DNA of 33,362 nucleotides from contig CBDUKN010000026.1 in assembly GCA_965367815.1 (NCBI GenBank), forward strand, positions 1 through 33,362, given 5' to 3'. Below the pieces are notes generated by a model. It was not told the origin of the DNA. It made no database searches and was given only the letters and a program-made list of their open reading frames with translations. Shown piece by piece: positions 28,617-33,362 of the stretch. The stretch is from an uncultured Thermoprotei archaeon (GTDB lineage: Archaea; Thermoproteota; Thermoprotei; Thermofilales; B15-G2). A program made the translations under genes and the position numbers. The first letter of the stretch is position 1. The number at the start of each line of letters is the position of its first letter.

Positions 28617-28919
28617 ATGGGGCGTACGAAAATAGTTGGTCCTGCAGGAAGATTTGGTGCAAGATACGGTGCTACGCTGAGAAAGAGAGTAGCATTAATT
28701 GAGATGAAAATGAGAAGCAAGCATAGATGCCCCTTCTGCTACTCTCTCGTTCGAATGAAGCGACTGAGCGTAGGTGTTTGGCAGTGCCCCAAGTGTGAAA
28801 AAATATTTGCTGGAGGAGCCTGGGTTCCGAGAACAATTTTGGGCAAAACACTAGCGCCTGAAGAAGAAAAGGCAACAAAGGGTAAAGTTATTAGAGCCTC
28901 GAAATCTTCTGAAGAGTAA
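28617..28919 (+). CDS. rpl37ae: 50S ribosomal protein L37Ae (eL43)
   Basis: GRTKIVGPAGRFGARYGATLRK, CPFC...WQCPKC, FAGGAW; AGGTGA Shine-Dalgarno before ATG 28617. Confidence 0.97.
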   Translation: MGRTKIVGPAGRFGARYGATLRKRVALIEMKMRSKHRCPFCYSLVRMKRLSVGVWQCPKCEKIFAGGAWVPRTILGKTLAPEEEKATKGKVIRASKSSEE

Positions 28920-29480
28920 ATGAGCATTCTTATTACTAGTAGTCGAAGACCTAATCCGAGACTTAGAACTTTTTGCAAAGACCTAGCTAAAGTTTTACCC
29001 GATGCTATTAAGGTAAATAGAGGAAAAATGAGCATAGAGGAAGTAGCTATAAAAGCTTATCAGCTGGAAATAGATCATGTAATTGTTGTAGGTAAAGGAC
29101 GAGGAGGAAATCCCGGCCGAATGATTTTTCTTAAAATTTATGAAGACAAATACGAAATACTTCCCCTGATTATAGGCATTGAGGGCGTAGTGCTTATTCG
29201 CGAAATTAAAAACGCTGATGTCCCCGAAAAAGTTGCAAGCACAATAATTGCGTCAAATACCGATCAATTACCGGATCTTCTTTCAGATGCTTTAGGCCTG
29301 TCTTCAATTGAAGTTGAAAGTATAGAAGACCTTCAGGGAACCGCTGACACTATTATGTGGATAGAAAAAGTCAAGCGAAAGTATATTATAAGGTTTTTCA
29401 ATGGTCAAAACTTGAGATTATCAGGGCCTATCATTAAGGTAAACAAGGTGGTACGTAAATGTCCAATTATACCGCCCTAA
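28920..29480 (+). CDS. Brix-domain (Imp4-like) ribosome biogenesis protein
   Basis: ILITSSRRPNPRLRTFCKDL, NRGKMS, GNPG. Confidence 0.88.
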   Translation: MSILITSSRRPNPRLRTFCKDLAKVLPDAIKVNRGKMSIEEVAIKAYQLEIDHVIVVGKGRGGNPGRMIFLKIYEDKYEILPLIIGIEGVVLIREIKNADVPEKVASTIIASNTDQLPDLLSDALGLSSIEVESIEDLQGTADTIMWIEKVKRKYIIRFFNGQNLRLSGPIIKVNKVVRKCPIIPP

Positions 29481-29746
29481 TATCTATATCAAGTCCTAGT
29501 AAGAAAATATCAGACGCACTGTTTAAAGCAATTTATCCAGATTCAGAAGAGCGCAAAATAACTCCTAAGGGATCAGTTAAAGTAAGTTTATCTGGTAATA
29601 CTATAGTAATAGAAGTTTTTGCTAAAGATTTAACTGGGCTAAGAGCCATTGTAAACAGCTACTTAAGAAATCTCATGGCAGCAAAAAGATGCATTGATAG
29701 GCTTAACACCTTAAAACATAGTACCGCTACGGGCGAAGATTTTTAA
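29459..29746 (+). CDS. pcc1: KEOPS complex subunit Pcc1
   Basis: AIYPD, AKDLTGLRAIVNSYLR; conserved position between Brix and pfdB. Confidence 0.88.
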   Translation: MSNYTALISISSPSKKISDALFKAIYPDSEERKITPKGSVKVSLSGNTIVIEVFAKDLTGLRAIVNSYLRNLMAAKRCIDRLNTLKHSTATGEDF

Positions 29747-29769
29747 GAAACTAGCAAATGAAATAGTGT

Positions 29770-30132
29770 ATGTCTGAGTCCCTTCCACCCGGCCTAGAGG
29801 CTCAAGTAGCTAGACTTCAGCAACTACAAGAAGAGCTTCAACGAATACTTTTGAGAAAAGAGCAGTGGAGAGTACTTATTTTTGAAATAGACAGAGCATT
29901 ATCAGAATTAGAGAAAATATCAGAAGATACTCCCGTATATAAGATAGTAGGCCCAGTTATGATAAAGTGGAACAAAGATAGTGCTATTAAAGAATTAAAA
30001 GACAAAAAAGAAGACGCCCAGCTGCATATTAAGACTCTCGAGCGCCAAGAAACACTTATTAGAAAGCAAATAGAAGACCTCAGAAAACGCATTTCAAGCC
30101 AGCTTTCTTCAGTACAGCAAAGACCTACATGA
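29770..30132 (+). CDS. pfdB: Prefoldin beta subunit
   Basis: LPP...coiled coil, ALSEL...VYKIVGPVMI hairpin, second coiled coil. Confidence 0.95.
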   Translation: MSESLPPGLEAQVARLQQLQEELQRILLRKEQWRVLIFEIDRALSELEKISEDTPVYKIVGPVMIKWNKDSAIKELKDKKEDAQLHIKTLERQETLIRKQIEDLRKRISSQLSSVQQRPT

Positions 30133-30395
30133 AAAGAATAGATAAAGAAAAAATATCAGAGAAAGTAGCTAACTTAATATACGAATTTATATTTTCTAAA
30201 GTAGAGAGAAAAGAAGATATATTAGACTTAATTGTCGAAGTGAAGTTTCTTGATGACCAAAATCTCGACGTAGATGTTTACCTCGAAGTAAACCCCTTCT
30301 CAGGAATAGACCCGAAAAAGCTTATCGAAGAAGCTATAGAGGAAAGTTTAAGGAAAGCCGAGAGTCTTCTAAAGGAGAGTAAAGATGAATCTTAA
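30129..30395 (+). CDS. DUF3194-like small acidic protein
   Basis: EFIFSKV...ILDLIVEV...LDVDVYLE...EEAIE; typical position after pfdB. Confidence 0.6.
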   Translation: MKRIDKEKISEKVANLIYEFIFSKVERKEDILDLIVEVKFLDDQNLDVDVYLEVNPFSGIDPKKLIEEAIEESLRKAESLLKESKDES

Positions 30396-31395
30396 AGAAT
30401 TGTTCGAAAAGAAAAAAGTATTAATTACTTGTCATAAAAACGCAGATATCGATGCAGCAGCTAGCTCAGCAGCCTTAGCATATGCTCTTAAGTCTATTGC
30501 ATCAAAACTTGTTTTAGTTTTCCCTGAAGGATTAAGCAAACTTTCTAAGAAGTACTATGAAGAACTAAAAATTGATTTAGAGTACCAAAAAGATATAGAG
30601 ACCCTCGATACTGATTTTGACTACTCTATTCTGCTTGACACGAACTCTATGCTTCAGTTGAGTGAAAATGTCAGAAATATTATCGAAAAAACTCCTTTAA
30701 TTATAATAGATCACCATATATGGAAAAAGAAATTTCCAGAAAATATTAAACTAAGCGTAATTAAAAGAAATCTCTTATCTACATCTGCTATTGTCTATAA
30801 TATTTTAAAAAGCAATAATATCAAGATACCGAGCAACATTCTTACATTTATTTTAGCCGGAATACTCTACGACACTAAAAGATTAGCTTTAGTGAATCCA
30901 CAAGTTCTAAGAATAGTCGCCGACATAATTGAGGAAGGAGCAGATTACGCTAAGGCACTTAAGTTAATGAAACACGAAATGGATGTTTCTGAAAGAATAG
31001 CTAGGTTGAAGGCCTCAATGAGATTAAAGGTCTATAGAGTGGGAGACTGGCTAATAGCTGTTACTCGAGTTGATGCCTTTGAAGCCTCTGTAGCAAGATT
31101 AATACTAGAAATGGGAGCACACGTAGTCTTCGTTGTAAGTCAGCCTAAAAAACCAAACATTAGAGTAATTGCGAGAAGCACTCCAGACTTCTACTTTAAG
31201 ACTAAAATAAGCCTAGGAGCAGACATTATGACAGAAATAGGCAAGACAATTAAAGGAGAAGGAGGAGGACATGATACTGCCGGAGGAGCTCAGGGTGCAG
31301 GAGATCCTGAGGAAGTAAAAATTCTATGTATTAAAACTCTTGTGAAAAAACTCCTAGGGAGAGAAGTAAGTCCAAATATAATAGAGCTTAAGTAG
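30385..31395 (+). CDS. DHH/DHHA1 phosphoesterase
   Basis: HKNADIDA, LLDT, IIDHH, GILYDT, GGGHDTAGG. Confidence 0.93.
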   Translation: MNLKELFEKKKVLITCHKNADIDAAASSAALAYALKSIASKLVLVFPEGLSKLSKKYYEELKIDLEYQKDIETLDTDFDYSILLDTNSMLQLSENVRNIIEKTPLIIIDHHIWKKKFPENIKLSVIKRNLLSTSAIVYNILKSNNIKIPSNILTFILAGILYDTKRLALVNPQVLRIVADIIEEGADYAKALKLMKHEMDVSERIARLKASMRLKVYRVGDWLIAVTRVDAFEASVARLILEMGAHVVFVVSQPKKPNIRVIARSTPDFYFKTKISLGADIMTEIGKTIKGEGGGHDTAGGAQGAGDPEEVKILCIKTLVKKLLGREVSPNIIELK

Positions 31396-31438
31396 AATAA
31401 GAGCGCTTAAATATTTCAGTGAAACATTAAAACCGGAT

Positions 31439-31792
31439 ATGGAAATAGACTATGAAAAATTCAAGAAGCTTTTCCCACATCTAGCAAAAGAAATTAGTGA
31501 AAAGAAAATGTGCATTTCTATCAATGGTGTGCGCTGGCACGAAAAAGAGGAAGATGAGTTAAGAAATCCTGGAGTAATATCATTTCTTCGTAGATGTCGC
31601 ACCGAAAAAGAAGCATTAGAAGTTATTGAGTGGATGGAGAAACGGGGAGAGATATCTAAAGAGTACGCAGAAGATCTTAGAAAACAGCTTAAAACAAGAG
31701 GCTTGCGCTCCTTCGGACCTTTCAAAGAGGACGGGTACTATTTTAAGAAATACTACTTTAAGAAGCAGACCCCCTTTCAGCTTGGGGACTAA
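31439..31792 (+). CDS. DUF2095 family protein
   Basis: FKKLFPHLAKE, FLRRCRTEKEALEVIEWMEKRGEI, GLRSFG..KEDGYY; the last codons run into the IS end. Confidence 0.8.
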   Translation: MEIDYEKFKKLFPHLAKEISEKKMCISINGVRWHEKEEDELRNPGVISFLRRCRTEKEALEVIEWMEKRGEISKEYAEDLRKQLKTRGLRSFGPFKEDGYYFKKYYFKKQTPFQLGD

Positions 31793-31896
31793 GTCCCCTC
31801 ATCGCCCTGGGGGTCAGGCGGGTTACCCCTCCGAGGATTATCCTCGGAGAGGGCTAGTCGTGGGGGCGTCTCCCTGTCGGGGTAAAGAAACTTAAT
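31768..31896 (-). ncRNA. Putative TnpB omega-RNA scaffold / IS right end
   Basis: GC-rich island directly 3' of tnpB; inverted repeats CTCCGAGGAT-T-ATCCTCGGAG (31829-31849) and GGGGACT-A-AGTCCCC (31784-31798); CUGA...CGAUGA motifs on the minus strand; boundaries approximate. Confidence 0.7.
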
Positions 31897-33306
31897 TTAG
31901 TTTTTAGGTATCCATTTCTGTTCCTTAACAAGGTATATGTATGTTTTGGGATTATTGAGGAGCCTTTTTAACTCTTTATCATTTAATTCGACACTACTAT
32001 TAAACTTCATTATGTTGTATGCTGCTACCAAATCAGCGTTAAATTGTCCACATTTCTCACACACTACTAGTCCCCTATAAGGACGCTGAATCCGCTGACC
32101 ACACACTGGACAAATACTAGAAGTCCCTTTCTCACCGACTTCAATCACTTGAATACCTTTAACCTCACAGTGTCTTCTCAAAGAATCAATAATTTGTCTC
32201 GGCGCAAAAAAGTTCCTTAAAAGCTCTCTAGTAGGCTTAGAAGTAATCTCTTTAACCAAGTCTTCTCTACTGACACAATAGCACACTGAATTCCCTATGT
32301 AGACAATCGAAATACCTTTAGAAGCAAAAAACTCTGCAATAAGCCGACACATACTATTTACTGCCTTTTTCCTCACTTCTTTTGCCTTCTTCCTAAACCT
32401 CCCTGTCTTCCTTAAAAATAACCGATATTTACTGAAACACTCTTTCTCCCTCTCCTTATCACCAGACTCAGCACACTTTACTGCCTCCCAGAAATACTGG
32501 TGAGCAATACGATTCCTACGCCTAGCCAATTTCTCGCACTTAAGCCAATAGCTACGCAGTGTACCACTCTTAAAAAGCACTGAAAAAGATTCTCCACTAT
32601 CGCTTACACCACACAAAGCAACAAGATTCCTAGCACCAATATCTACTCCCGCAATTCCCTTTCCCTTAAGCCTTGGAATCTTTAAAGAAACACTAAAAGC
32701 AAAATACCATCTATTGTTCTTTTGAAAAACTTCCGCCCTATTTTTACCAAGACATCTCTCTCCTAAGACTAGGTAATTATCTGTTAAACAGTGTTTTAGA
32801 AGCATCAACCTCTTATTAATATAGAACACTAATCCCTTCTCTAACTCTGGAACCCACTTAACTTTACCTCTAACCTCTAGTGAAAAACATTTCCTATTAA
32901 GCATCACTTCAACCTTCTCAACAACCCACTCACCACTTTCTCTCCTAGAGTATACACGGTACTGTTCATTACAAAGAATTATTGGAATTCTCTTAAATTG
33001 TGGAGGCTTAGCTTTATAGTCACTCTTTTTGAGCTCAATGTAAGCTTTCCATGCCTCAAGAACTTTTTTCGCAATTTCAATTGAAGTAGTACTAGGTGCT
33101 CCACTCTTTCTAAGAAACCTGTAGATTTCTATTAATTTCGGGAGTTTACGATTTTCCCTATAATACTGTTTTATGAATTTATTTGCAGTATCAAAGTATA
33201 CCCTAAATTCTCTCAAAAGACTCTTCAGTAACTTCTCTGTTTTCTCATCTACCTCTATCCTAAGAATATTAGATCGAATTACCTCAACAAACTCCTCCCG
33301 CCCCAT
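31897..33306 (-). CDS. tnpB: RNA-guided endonuclease TnpB (IS200/IS605-IS607 family), rearranged RuvC-II type
   Basis: RuvC-I GVDIG; IVYIGN at the canonical RuvC-II position; EVGEKGTSS; Zn finger CPVC...CEKC; RuvC-III NADLVAAYNI; GGGGGTG Shine-Dalgarno upstream. Confidence 0.92.
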   Translation of the reverse strand: MGREEFVEVIRSNILRIEVDEKTEKLLKSLLREFRVYFDTANKFIKQYYRENRKLPKLIEIYRFLRKSGAPSTTSIEIAKKVLEAWKAYIELKKSDYKAKPPQFKRIPIILCNEQYRVYSRRESGEWVVEKVEVMLNRKCFSLEVRGKVKWVPELEKGLVFYINKRLMLLKHCLTDNYLVLGERCLGKNRAEVFQKNNRWYFAFSVSLKIPRLKGKGIAGVDIGARNLVALCGVSDSGESFSVLFKSGTLRSYWLKCEKLARRRNRIAHQYFWEAVKCAESGDKEREKECFSKYRLFLRKTGRFRKKAKEVRKKAVNSMCRLIAEFFASKGISIVYIGNSVCYCVSREDLVKEITSKPTRELLRNFFAPRQIIDSLRRHCEVKGIQVIEVGEKGTSSICPVCGQRIQRPYRGLVVCEKCGQFNADLVAAYNIMKFNSSVELNDKELKRLLNNPKTYIYLVKEQKWIPKN

Positions 33307-33362
33307 AAGACACCCCCGTCGTTCACTTAGATAGCTGTGGGCCTGGGGTGGGGCTCACTGAG

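Larger units (their letters stand above)
31768..33362 (-). mobile_element. tnpB-carrying IS element; left end and any transposase not resolved in this window
   Basis: tnpB plus structured right end; the sequence ends 56 nt upstream of tnpB. Confidence 0.7.

Noticed and set aside
842-31725. Many short antisense or alternate-frame ORFs in the track (e.g. 842-1165, 3444-3674, 8667-8990, 12501-12932, 16177-16524, 17537-17737, 26335-26652)
   Set aside because: They shadow well-supported genes or lack motifs and translation signals
31626-31895. 89-aa plus-strand ORF
   Set aside because: Out-of-frame overlap with DUF2095 that reads through the GC-rich omega-RNA region; no protein-like features
31897-33306. 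Cas12f or nuclease-dead TldR
   Set aside because: No CRISPR array in view; both aspartates and an alternative glutamate are present

Overview
Archaeal contig end, most likely Thermoproteota/TACK, inferred from tfb followed by a TFE-beta/Rpc34 homologue, rps8e, srp19, rpl37ae, Brix, Pcc1 and prefoldin beta. Bases 2-71 are an untrimmed Illumina P5/Nextera adapter and are not biological. About 72-17900 is an accessory island with many broken genes. It holds a phased 3 x 39-bp GTAC repeat array in front of an RHH regulator and an AAA_14/DUF4143 ATPase, a PD-(D/E)xK nuclease pseudogene, an MFS transporter and a PqqD/RRE-like remnant. It also holds three ABC-2 exporter pairs, a frameshifted membrane-anchored HerA/VirB4-like ATPase and a frameshifted beta-propeller glycosidase-like gene. 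The best candidate for a new system is a secreted 20-cysteine protein with a small 3-TM partner, set back-to-back with a thioredoxin-CcdA/DsbD disulfide-redox gene across a shared TATA element; this may be an archaeocin-like locus. About 17960-31790 is intact housekeeping DNA (nucS, hps, tmcA, srp19, rps8e, gar1, tfb, TFE-beta, thpR, cca, kinase, gcvH-like, rpl37ae, Brix, pcc1, pfdB, DHH, DUF2095). The window ends in a TnpB with a rearranged RuvC-II site, whose structured omega-RNA/right end overlaps the 3' end of the DUF2095 gene. All calls come from reading motifs by eye; no searches were run.
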